The notes below the pieces were generated by a model. That model had not been told where the DNA came from, made no database searches, and saw only the letters and a list, made by a program, of their open reading frames with translations. Shown here piece by piece: positions 27,421 through 37,600 of a stretch of 64,000 nt of DNA. A program made the translations under genes and the position numbers. Every line of letters starts with the position of its first letter. The first letter of the stretch is position 1. This DNA is from an uncultured Opitutaceae bacterium (GTDB lineage Bacteria > Verrucomicrobiota > Verrucomicrobiia > Opitutales > UBA2995). Location: contig CAYGQM010000019.1 of assembly GCA_964352065.1 (NCBI GenBank), positions 78 through 64,077 on the forward strand. Reading direction: 5' to 3'.

Positions 27421-30400
27421 ATGCCGCTTCTAAAAAGGTTAACCCATATTGCCAGCGAATTCCTCCCGATTAAGACCTATCGGCACGAACTTAAGCAAAC
27501 TCCAGACGGGAAAACGTTTTCAATTGATGGGCCCAGGTGGTTACGTCCTCGCAAAGGGGAATTCCTGCTTCGAGGTTGGTGCTTCAACGAAAAACGAAGT
27601 ATCAAGTCGATCCGTATCAAGACCCGCCAAGGGACTCAGGTCGCACGCTATGGAATCGAAAGGCAAGACCTGCTCGAAGCGTTTAATTCACAGAACGAAA
27701 GAATTCTCTATTCCGGATTCGAAGTGCCGTTAAAAGTCCCACGCGGCTCCACTCCTTTCGAACTGCAGTATCAATACGAGGGGGGAGACTGGGATACCCT
27801 GATTTGCGAAACGTTGATTCGTCCAAGACTGAAAGCCTTCGACCAGGAAAACTCGAATTTAGCAAAAAGTCCCTACGGGAAATGGGTCAAAAAACACGAC
27901 ACCTTATCAAAGAGAGACCACGATGGGATCAGGCAATACATAAAAATCCTTCCGAAAAAACCCCTCATCTCAGTCGTAGTACCCACCTACAACACCTCCG
28001 TAAAACTACTGGATTTGATGGTTAAAAGTATCCGGGATCAGCTCTACGAAAATTGGGAGCTTTGTATCGCTGACGATCATTCAACTTTAAAGAGCACCCG
28101 GAAGCGATTGCAATATTGGGCTCAAAGAGATGAGCGGATCCGGGTGCACTTTCGGGAAACCAACGGTCACATCTCCGAGTGTACCAATAGCGCCATCGAA
28201 ATGGTCCGCGGAGACTACATTGCACTGGTAGATCATGATGACGAAATCCCCGCCCATGCACTCTTCTATGTTGCTCTTGAAATCGTCAGGCACCCGACAG
28301 CTCAAATCATCTACTCCGATGAAGACAAAATAACTCCGGATGGATATCGTCTGGATCCCTATTTCAAACCAGACTTCGGTCCAGATCTCCTCTGTTCTCA
28401 TAACTTCGTCTCCCATCTGGGTGTTTATAAGACAGAACTCATCCGAAAAATTGGGGGGTTTCGAAAAGACTTTGTCGGGTCTCAAGACTGGGACCTGGTA
28501 TTGAGATGCCTGGATCATGTGGAACACAGTGAGATCCGACATATCCCGAGAATACTTTATCATTGGCGCCTCGCTAAAGGATCCACCAGCGCAAGTGTCG
28601 GCAATAAAGATTACGCAGTCACTGCAGGGCGCAGAGCGCTAACGGAGTATCTGGAAAAACATGAACCCACGGGATCTGTCGAAGATGGTCCCACTGCCGG
28701 GTCGTTTAGAATACGCTACTCAACACCAGGAGATCCTCTCGTCTCCATTATCATACTGACAAAGAACAACGCTGAAATCCTGGATCGCTGCGTGGAGTCC
28801 ATCTTGAAAAAGACGGGCTATCGCAATTTCGAGCTTCTGATTGTGGACAATAACAGCGACGAGATTTCCGCTATAGACCTCCTCGCAAATCTTAATAAGA
28901 AACAAGAAATCACCGTATTAGAAAATCTGGTACCCTTCAACTTCTCTGAACTCAACAACTGGGCTGCACAAAAAGCAAAAGGGGAAGTTCTTGTATTCCT
29001 GAATAATGACATGGAGGTCATCGAAGGCGACTGGCTTAAGGAACTCACGAGTCATGCACTCAGAGACGGCGTTGGTCCGGTGGGGACGAAACTTCTATTT
29101 CCCGACGACTATGTTCAGCATGCGGGAATCATCATGGGGATCGCTGGGACTGCGGGGCACGCTTTTAAATTCCTTCATCGACAAAACCCGGGACAAATCG
29201 GTCGAGCTGGTATCATTCAAAACTACTCAGCCGTAACGGCCGCCTGCATGGCGATCCGGTCATCTACCTTTCACTCCCTAGGTGGATTTGATGCCGTCAA
29301 TCTGGGTATCGCCTACAACGATGCGGACTTGTGCCTCAGAGCCTGGGAAAAGGGCTACCGTACTGTCTACACACCCTATGCCCTGCTTTACCATCATGAA
29401 TCCGCTTCAAGAGGATTGGAGAACAGTACCGAGAAGAAGTTAAGGTGGAGAAAGGAAGCAGACTACTTACTCAACAAATGGATGCCAGTAATTCAAAATG
29501 ACCCTTTCTATAACCCGGCACTGACGCTCGTCAAAGAGAACTTCGAGCTAGCAAACCCGCCCCGCTACGAATGTCCCTGGAGATCTTATATCAAGACCGA
29601 CGCTGGACTACTCGACACTCTCTACTTTCAACTACCCTGGACACCCAAAATCAAAGCCGAACTTACTGAGGCTCAGCTATGGCTTCAAGTGAATGAGATC
29701 ACTGTCATATTTGGTGTCATCGCACCCAAGGGCTCTACGATCAATATACGAAAGGACGGACTGGACCTCATTTACCTCGAATACAATGACGTTCCCCCAC
29801 TCTACGAGGGATCCGATAAAGAGACTGCCCTAAACCTCTCCACAACCTTCGACTCAGAACCCAAAGACGCAATCATCACGGTAGAGGTCACGACCGAGGG
29901 ATCCACGAAAACTCACACCCCCTTTCAAATCCGATCCGGGGATATCAGGCCCGACAAATTAAAAAGACCGATCCTTCACAATGTTGACGGCATAATCGCA
30001 CCCCCAGACCTGAGTAACCGAATCGTCATCGGTTGGTGTTTCGCCCTCAATCCCCTCCTGATTCGAGAAATACAGATACGATTGGACGAAACTCCACTCG
30101 TCCTGGAATATCCCCTTAAGAGGGAGGATGTTTCCTCCGTATACACCGATCAGGGTGATGCGCAAAAATGTGGGTTCGAATGCGAACTGCCACCGAATCG
30201 CCACGATGGAACTTTCACCATCGAATGCAAAATCAATTCGGAGTCCTGGATCCAGATCTGCCAGATGAGTCTCAAGTCCTTGAAGGAGATAAAGACCCGG
30301 CCAAACATCAACGCCCTTCCTGAAACACAAACATTCGATACGCAACCTTTGTTCAATGTGGAAACCATTTTCGTTGAACAACAAAAGAAACTAAAAACCA

Positions 30401-32772
30401 GGATAAGAGGTTGGGTTTTCCTCAAAGATGGCCCCGCAATCTCCAAGGTTCGCATGTTGTACCGGGACAAAACCCTCCTTTGCCGCTACGGGATGCAACG
30501 TGAAGACGTCCAACAGGAATTCCCCGACCAATTGACCGCAGCTCAATCCGGCTTCGAATTACAAGTCGAAGATATCCCCGGTAATCCGAATCTGCGTTTT
30601 GAATTCAAAATCGAAGGAGGCGTTTGGCTAGAATTCGATCAACGTAAAGCCGCACAAATCCACAACACATATTACACGGAACGAAAGATACCCTCATCCA
30701 AAAGTGGTGTTCACTCAAATGTTGAAAACGCACAGATAGGAAGACGATACGGCCACCAGTTTATGATGACCGGGTGGTGTTTTCGCATCGATGGAGAACC
30801 CATTAAGGAAATCCGGATCCGAACGGGTAAGAGCAAGTTTCCAGGCAAGATAGGAATTGAGCGGAAAGACGTATTCTCAGAAAACGGATCCACCCATACA
30901 AACAGCCTCGCATCAGGATTCGAGATACCGCTTGATAATATTCCTAGAAATTCGAAGTTAAAATTTGAATACAAGACAGATAACGGAAAGTGGATGTTGT
31001 TCGCCATAGAGGATTTCTCTCGTTTTCCAGTCTCTCACTACGCATCTCAATCCGAGGAAAAACGGAATTTCAATAAATGGCTTGAGGACTACGATCACCT
31101 GATCTCGATCCAGCCAGACCAAGTCGCTTCCTACAAATCTGAATTCAAGAAGAGTCCAAAAATTTCCGTCATCATGCCGGTGTATAATACCCCGGAAATC
31201 TATCTCAGGAAAGCGATTCAGTCAGTGATCGACCAGTACTACGATCATTGGGAGCTTTGTATCGCTGATGACGCCTCAACCCAAGATCACGTATGGAAGA
31301 TCTTAACCGAATTCGCTAGCCAGGACTCTCGAATCAAGATAATGCAGCGAGATACAAACGGCCACATCTGCAGAGCATCCAACTCCGCATTGAGTCTGGC
31401 AACCGGAGAATGGTGTGCGTTTCTAGACCACGATGACGCCTATCCCAAAGATGCCCTGCTTAGGACCGTTATCTACATCAACCGCTTTCCCAATGCCGGC
31501 CTCTTCTACTCCGATGAAGACAAGCTCGACAAAAATGACCGACGTCATGACCCCTACTTCAAGCCGGATTGGAATCCTGAGCTATTAGAGGGCCAGAATT
31601 TCATCTGCCATCTAACCGTCACGAAACTCGCCTTGGTAAATGAAGTCGGCAAGTTTCAACCGGGATTGGAGGGTAGCCAGGACTGGGACCTGTTCCTCAA
31701 AATCACAGAACGTCTCGATCATGATCAGGTGATTCACATGCCATACCTACTCTACCACTGGAGAGCGATTGAAGGCTCCACTGCGTTGGCACTGGATGAG
31801 AAGGGTTACATACGCGAGTCTTCTCTAAATACTCTGAAAGGCCACTGTAAACGCACCAATCCAGATGTAGAGATATTGCCAATCGCCCACGGACATTGGA
31901 GACTCAAGTATCCTGTTCCTGAGACCGAGCCTCTAGTTTCTATCATCATACCGACCAAGGACCAATCTGCGATACTTGGTTCCTGCATCGAAAGTATCAG
32001 GAATCAAACGACTTACCCGAACTACGAAATAATCGTTGTAGACAATAATTCGGTAGAAGACTCTACCACTCAATTGTTCAAAGAACTGAAGACACTCGGC
32101 ATTGAAATATTGAGCTATCCAAACCCGTTTAACTTTTCAGCAATCAACAATTTCGCAGCCAAGCATGCAAACGGCGTTTACCTCGCATTCCTGAACAATG
32201 ACATGTCTATCATCGACGGAGATTGGCTCAACGAAATGATCAGCCATGCATGTAAACCTCATGTAGGTGCGGTCGGCGCCAAACTCTACTATCCGGAAGA
32301 CTGTGTGCAACACGCAGGCGTTATACTCGGAATCAACGGCGTGGCTGGGCACTGTTTCAAATATGCAGCTCGCGGAGAACCGGGCCAACGGAACCGGCTC
32401 AACCTGACCCAACAGTTTTCAGCGATTACAGCCGCATGTTTGGTAGTTGAAAAAGAAATCTTCGAAGAAATTAACGGTTTCGAAGAACAACACCTGGGGG
32501 TCGCATTTAACGATATCGACCTCTGCTTAAGAATTCGTGAAGCCGGTTATGTAAACATCTGGACTCCTCACGCTCAACTTTATCACCACGAATCACTCTC
32601 CCGTGGGGACGACAACGACCAATCTAAAAAAACGCGAGTCGACAATGAAATCGACTACATGCGCAAACGATGGGGCGAACAATTAAGATACGATCCAACC
32701 TACAACCCAAATCTTACATTGGAGTTCGAAGATTTTTCACTGGCCTGGCCACCTCGATTACCGAAAGCATGA
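27421..32772 (+). CDS. 1,783-aa multidomain glycosyltransferase with four GT2 domains (two [GT2-GT2] modules) and four beta-rich accessory domains
   Basis: GT2 starts at 'LISVVVPTYNT' (~27,961), 'LVSIIILTKNN' (~28,738), 'ISVIMPVYNT' (~31,160) and 'LVSIIIPTKDQ' (~31,932). Each is followed by a D.D/DHDD motif. Modules A and B are colinear. Confidence 0.85.
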   Translation: MPLLKRLTHIASEFLPIKTYRHELKQTPDGKTFSIDGPRWLRPRKGEFLLRGWCFNEKRSIKSIRIKTRQGTQVARYGIERQDLLEAFNSQNERILYSGFEVPLKVPRGSTPFELQYQYEGGDWDTLICETLIRPRLKAFDQENSNLAKSPYGKWVKKHDTLSKRDHDGIRQYIKILPKKPLISVVVPTYNTSVKLLDLMVKSIRDQLYENWELCIADDHSTLKSTRKRLQYWAQRDERIRVHFRETNGHISECTNSAIEMVRGDYIALVDHDDEIPAHALFYVALEIVRHPTAQIIYSDEDKITPDGYRLDPYFKPDFGPDLLCSHNFVSHLGVYKTELIRKIGGFRKDFVGSQDWDLVLRCLDHVEHSEIRHIPRILYHWRLAKGSTSASVGNKDYAVTAGRRALTEYLEKHEPTGSVEDGPTAGSFRIRYSTPGDPLVSIIILTKNNAEILDRCVESILKKTGYRNFELLIVDNNSDEISAIDLLANLNKKQEITVLENLVPFNFSELNNWAAQKAKGEVLVFLNNDMEVIEGDWLKELTSHALRDGVGPVGTKLLFPDDYVQHAGIIMGIAGTAGHAFKFLHRQNPGQIGRAGIIQNYSAVTAACMAIRSSTFHSLGGFDAVNLGIAYNDADLCLRAWEKGYRTVYTPYALLYHHESASRGLENSTEKKLRWRKEADYLLNKWMPVIQNDPFYNPALTLVKENFELANPPRYECPWRSYIKTDAGLLDTLYFQLPWTPKIKAELTEAQLWLQVNEITVIFGVIAPKGSTINIRKDGLDLIYLEYNDVPPLYEGSDKETALNLSTTFDSEPKDAIITVEVTTEGSTKTHTPFQIRSGDIRPDKLKRPILHNVDGIIAPPDLSNRIVIGWCFALNPLLIREIQIRLDETPLVLEYPLKREDVSSVYTDQGDAQKCGFECELPPNRHDGTFTIECKINSESWIQICQMSLKSLKEIKTRPNINALPETQTFDTQPLFNVETIFVEQQKKLKTRIRGWVFLKDGPAISKVRMLYRDKTLLCRYGMQREDVQQEFPDQLTAAQSGFELQVEDIPGNPNLRFEFKIEGGVWLEFDQRKAAQIHNTYYTERKIPSSKSGVHSNVENAQIGRRYGHQFMMTGWCFRIDGEPIKEIRIRTGKSKFPGKIGIERKDVFSENGSTHTNSLASGFEIPLDNIPRNSKLKFEYKTDNGKWMLFAIEDFSRFPVSHYASQSEEKRNFNKWLEDYDHLISIQPDQVASYKSEFKKSPKISVIMPVYNTPEIYLRKAIQSVIDQYYDHWELCIADDASTQDHVWKILTEFASQDSRIKIMQRDTNGHICRASNSALSLATGEWCAFLDHDDAYPKDALLRTVIYINRFPNAGLFYSDEDKLDKNDRRHDPYFKPDWNPELLEGQNFICHLTVTKLALVNEVGKFQPGLEGSQDWDLFLKITERLDHDQVIHMPYLLYHWRAIEGSTALALDEKGYIRESSLNTLKGHCKRTNPDVEILPIAHGHWRLKYPVPETEPLVSIIIPTKDQSAILGSCIESIRNQTTYPNYEIIVVDNNSVEDSTTQLFKELKTLGIEILSYPNPFNFSAINNFAAKHANGVYLAFLNNDMSIIDGDWLNEMISHACKPHVGAVGAKLYYPEDCVQHAGVILGINGVAGHCFKYAARGEPGQRNRLNLTQQFSAITAACLVVEKEIFEEINGFEEQHLGVAFNDIDLCLRIREAGYVNIWTPHAQLYHHESLSRGDDNDQSKKTRVDNEIDYMRKRWGEQLRYDPTYNPNLTLEFEDFSLAWPPRLPKA
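29960..31020 (+). repeat. Three tandem copies of a ~110-120-aa accessory domain (a fourth copy at ~27,520-27,830)
   Basis: Recurring pattern 'GW(C/V)F.......I..I(R/Q)I......G.....R.DV......SGFE......P....L.FE.....G.W': IVIGWCFALNP..., TRIRGWVFLKDG..., FMMTGWCFRIDG..., and N-terminal LLRGWCFNEKR.... Confidence 0.8.
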
Positions 32773-34649
32773 AGCCGAGTTTCAGTAGCATCGCAAAAAG
32801 ACCGATCGCGATAGAAGCCCTGTTTGCGTTCATCTGTTTTCTGTTTCTCGTACCCCAACCGTACCTCACCATTCCAGCCCTGGATGCCTCCTGGCAAGTT
32901 ACCCTCGAGGAGGCATTCTTCAAAAACTGGGAGTTTGGGACAACGATCAACTTCACGGGAGGTCCCCTTAGCTTTCTCTATACTCCCACCTCTCTCGGGT
33001 ACTACGTCTTCGGTCAGATCTTTGCTGAGTCACTGGTTATTTTCATTTCTTTGCTCCTGATATTCAGAGGTCTAAGAAATCAATCACTATGGATAAAGAT
33101 TCTCGCAGCCCTGTGCCTTAGCTTGAGTGCAGCAACCGGGAAAGACGGTATTTACCTCATATCGATTTCAGCAGCGAGCCTCACACTCCTAAATGGGAAA
33201 CCTTCCAAGTGGCTCACTTATGCGATTCCATGTTTCCTAACAGTCCTGAGTATGATGAAGTTCAGCTTTGCTACGTTGAGCATCGCTTGTATCACTATTC
33301 TAACCATCGCAGCCATTCTGCAAAAAGAACCCATCAAGGCAGTAAAACTGGTAAGCACCTATCTCGTATCGTTCCTGACCATCTGGATTCTCATTGGACA
33401 AAATCCACTGACTATTCCCGCCTTTTTTACTAATTCTCTCCAGATTTCCCAAGGTTACCTCTGGAATATGAACCTGAGTGAAAACGCGGGGACTTTTTGG
33501 TATCTGATCTCTTTTCTAATAGTATGCAGTCTTCCGATCTTTGGTTTCTGCCTCTTGGAAAGGAAACAGCTAGATGCCTGGATTATACTTTTGATTGCGG
33601 CCGCATCCATTTACCTTGCCTGGAAAGCAGGTATAACCAGAGCAGGTTCACACATGGGGTTTTTCTTACAAGCGACCTTTGTAGTTGTCCTACTGACACA
33701 AACACTGGCGAAGACTTTGTTTGTCCGTAGAATTTGGCTCGGAACGGTTACTATATTTTATTTCGTTGGTCTGACCTTTTTTTATCCCGGAGGCATCAAA
33801 CCCATCGGATCATTTACCTGGAATATTCTTAAGACCAATACAAATTTCCTTCGCAATCCCGATGCCCTCAACCAGACCTTTACCAAAGTAATTCCCATGG
33901 TACTCGCAGAAAACGAGTTACCTCAAATCAAGAAACTGATCGGCGACGCAAGCATTGACCTGCTCCATTTCCAGCAATCAGTTCTATTGCTCAACGATTT
34001 TAATTTTCAACCCCGGCCAACGGTACAGAACTATCCCGCCTACAACGAACACTTGTCTAGGTTGAACCAGGAGCACATCCGGAAAAATCCTCCCGCATAT
34101 ATCTTAGTTCGTTATGCCTTGGTCGACCAAAGGTACCCCTACTCCGACGACACTCTTTACAATCTGGAAGTATTTCAGAACTACCACCCCTTGATGGTAG
34201 AAAAAGGCTACATGCTACTCAAACGGACGGATACTCCAAAACAACTTTCAGAAGGAGAGACCGTTATAGCAACCAGTATTCAGTCAGGAGAAAATGTAGA
34301 TATTTCCCAGTTTTCGGAAAAGCTACTTTGGTTAAAAGTAAACTACCGTCCTTCACTCCTTCACAAAGTCTGCGCATTTCTTTACAAGCCCGAAGTCATT
34401 ATAATACGAGTCACACTTACCGATGGTACGGATAAGAACTTTCGGCTCGTCGGAGGTAACTTGAAAACAGGTTTCTTACTCAACCCGCTTATCGAAGGAG
34501 ACAAGGCACTTGAGGATTTCCTCAATTCACACTCCCCTGTTACGCCGATCACAAGCTTTACCATCGCGAGTATACCGGGAAACACTTTTGGCAGAACCAA
34601 GGAATTTGAATTCGAGCTTATCGAAATAAAGAAAGAGGCGACTCCCTAA
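32769..34649 (+). CDS. Polytopic membrane protein of unknown function (626 aa) with a soluble C-terminal domain
   Basis: ATG 32769 overlaps the TGA of the upstream GT (ATGA, 32769-32772). The N-terminal ~380 aa are hydrophobic spans. The longer start in the ORF track (32670) lies inside the upstream gene. Confidence 0.6.
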   Translation: MKPSFSSIAKRPIAIEALFAFICFLFLVPQPYLTIPALDASWQVTLEEAFFKNWEFGTTINFTGGPLSFLYTPTSLGYYVFGQIFAESLVIFISLLLIFRGLRNQSLWIKILAALCLSLSAATGKDGIYLISISAASLTLLNGKPSKWLTYAIPCFLTVLSMMKFSFATLSIACITILTIAAILQKEPIKAVKLVSTYLVSFLTIWILIGQNPLTIPAFFTNSLQISQGYLWNMNLSENAGTFWYLISFLIVCSLPIFGFCLLERKQLDAWIILLIAAASIYLAWKAGITRAGSHMGFFLQATFVVVLLTQTLAKTLFVRRIWLGTVTIFYFVGLTFFYPGGIKPIGSFTWNILKTNTNFLRNPDALNQTFTKVIPMVLAENELPQIKKLIGDASIDLLHFQQSVLLLNDFNFQPRPTVQNYPAYNEHLSRLNQEHIRKNPPAYILVRYALVDQRYPYSDDTLYNLEVFQNYHPLMVEKGYMLLKRTDTPKQLSEGETVIATSIQSGENVDISQFSEKLLWLKVNYRPSLLHKVCAFLYKPEVIIIRVTLTDGTDKNFRLVGGNLKTGFLLNPLIEGDKALEDFLNSHSPVTPITSFTIASIPGNTFGRTKEFEFELIEIKKEATP

Positions 34650-34660
34650 GGAATCGCCTC
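34635..34660 (-). terminator. Hairpin downstream of the giant gene (possible terminator)
   Basis: GAGGCGA (34635-34641) pairs with TCGCCTC (34654-34660) across a 12-nt loop. On the minus strand it is followed by TCTTTCTTTATTT. It overlaps the 3' end of the convergent plus-strand gene. Confidence 0.4.
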
Positions 34661-34686
34661 TGTAAAATAAGCTCTGTGCCTACGAT

Positions 34687-37600
34687 CTATTCGGAGACTT
34701 CGTATATTTCGACCAGTCCTATTCCCGTGCTACCATTTGCGCCCGACATAATAGCGGTATAAGCACCTGGTTCGAGAGTGATCAAGATTGCAGATTCCTT
34801 GGCATCAGCCGGAGCGAGTAATGAGGCTACCGTTGCAGAATTCGCAGCAGACTGCCAATCATCGTTCTCAGTGATCTTATTACCCCCTGCGAATAGCTCA
34901 AGTTTGGAATCGCCAAGAGCGCCTGAAACGCCGGCAGCCCCTAGACTTGGACCAATCGCACGAATTAGCACTTCTTTAGGACGGCTGCCAGTAACTACGA
35001 ACCCTCCAATAGTTCTCTGATCCCCACTGCCAACCAGCGCACGGGTAGAGATGTTGATCAAGCGACTGGATACGCCCCCTGAATTTTCATCTTCGACATA
35101 ATAGACCTCTACGAGTCCGATGCCCGTTCTACCTTCCGAGTCCCGGACATGTACGGTGTAAGCTCCCGGCAACAGGTCCGCCACAAGCACCGCCTCATTC
35201 GGATCGATTGGAGCCAATCCAAACTGAGCAACCAGCGCTGGTGATGTTCCATTGATCCAGGATGCATTCGAACCAACAACGATTCCATCTTTAACCAGCA
35301 GAAGATCGGGATTAGGAACGACATCAGCCGGATCTAAACCACCTTGAACCAGGGAATTTCCCAACGCGCGAATTAGAACTCTGGATGACTGAAGTCCATC
35401 ACCTTTCACCACAAAACCGGCGATCATCGTCTCCTGATCAACTCCGACCCATCCACGGGTTGAAACGTTAACCAACTCAACTTCATCAATCGGTGTAAGG
35501 TTGATGTTCAATACGATTTCACCTTCATCTCCCTCAACACCGTCTACCGCTATATGATAGGTTCTTCCCGGAATGGCGAGGAACTCAAGCCGGCTGTAAC
35601 TTACAGAAGCTCCGGCATCGTCATTGCCCCCAATTTCATTCAAAGCCATAAGTCCGGCACCTCGGTAAACGCCAATTGATGTATCGAACGTGCTACCCAT
35701 GGTATCAATAACAACCATACCCTTGACCGCTGGCGACCAGGACCACCACGATGATTTTCCACCCGAGACACCTCCATGAACGGGCTCCCCATCTTGAACC
35801 GTGCCGTTGTAGTTATTTCCATTCGCGATCACGGAATTCTCATTACCAAGATCAAATGAATCTTCAAAATCATCATTCTCAGGACTGAGTCCCAGCTGGA
35901 TAAAGATGATGCCTCCCGCGACTTCATTATCCACAACAGCTCCATCTACAGCGATACGATAGGTAGTTCCTGCGATGGCTTCAAACGCCAAGCTGGTCGG
36001 GTCCTCGCGTTGCGGATCTTCGATCGGCGTTACGGAGATCAACGACGTGACCAACGGGCCAACATAAGCACCTACTAGTGTAGCAATCGTGCTTTCATCC
36101 GTCGTTATACGAACAATTCCGTTCCCCGGTGCGGTCCAACACCACCATACGGATTTTCCACCGGGAGAGTTTGCATGCATCGGTTCGCCACTCTCACGGG
36201 TAGCAAATTGGTTTGACGCAGAACTTGTATCGGTAAATCCGTTCAATTCTCCACAATCAGCGAAGTTGTCTCCTCCAGAACTTCCTACAGCTGAGAAACT
36301 GAGAAATACCTTCCCTTGGTCCGGTTCCAAAGTTACCGCATCGACCGCAATATAATACACCGTTCCAGCCAAGACTTGGAATACCACCTGACTCGTCAGA
36401 TCCGGACTCGTGTGGTTATTGCTAGAACCATTTGCTACCGGAATAAGTGAGCCCATCGAGCTTCCTTCATAAACTGCAAGTACTGTGTCAAAATCACTTC
36501 CTGCAGTATCCAATATCGCGATACCATTGATTTCAGGACTTAACCGCCACCAAACAGAATGATTCGGAGCAACACCAGCATGAAATGGTTCGGCCAGTTC
36601 GGCATCCGCGTTATTCACGAAACTGGTAAACGTTCCTTTGCTACCGGTTATCGGAATTGCGTTCGTGAAATCATTATTCGTAGCTCCCAGAACCAGGTTC
36701 AGGTTAATAGACCCTGCTTCCGTGATTCCTGAAACAGGATCAAAAACACCATCCACAGCTATATGGTAAGTCGTTCCAGCCAGGACGCCAAACGCAACCG
36801 CGCTGGTATTAATACCGGGCAATACATCATCATTGCTGCTCACTTCTGTAAGGGTGCTTACAGAATTTCCTTCATAGACACCCAGCAATGTATTGATAGA
36901 ACTTCCTGCCGTGTCTAAAAAGAGTGTTCCATTAGCGGGGGCAGTCCAGGTAAACCAAAGCGACTTACCACCGGCATTGCCTGCATGCTGTGGCTCTCCA
37001 GGTTCTTGGAAAGCTTCAGAGTTATTTACCGTAATCGAGGCAGCATTACCGATGAGGATATCGCCACCGCTAAAGCTTCCCACTACTCGTTGGCGCTCCA
37101 GCACAAGACTCAATTCGATAGTTCCAACAAAGTCTGTTTCTTCTCCTGCAAGTTGATCGTCGCTTCCATCAACGAGGATGTAGTATACTGCACCATTCGC
37201 CGCATTGAAGCTTACAGCCCCCGTTTTTTCATTATTGGGTCCGTCGTCTTCCCCTGCGATGAGGGCTAACGTGTCCAAAGAAGTGCCTGCGTAAATCGCG
37301 ATTATCGTATCAAAATCGGAACCTGCCGTAGAGACTGAAACACGTCCATCTTTAGGAGAAGTCCACTTCCACCATACAGAGCGTCCGGCGGACTCTTCCA
37401 GATGGTTCGGCTCTCCTTCTTCAATCGATGTCTCAAAGTTGTGGGACGTAACCGAGAACTCTGGACCCGAAACCTCAATTGCGCCCGCGAAGTCATCATT
37501 TGATGGACTTTTCAAACGCAGCTGGATACCTCCGGTGGCTCCGTCTTTACCGTCCACTGCGATTTGGTATTCTGTGCCCTGCACTGCATCAAATAAAACT

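Noticed and set aside
32670-32768. Upstream extension of the 626-aa membrane protein ORF. Similar extensions occur at 21724-21777, 51132-51227, 53575-53634 and 60872-60979.
   Set aside because: The extensions overlap upstream genes or add non-homologous residues before a canonical family N-terminus. The internal ATG starts fit better.
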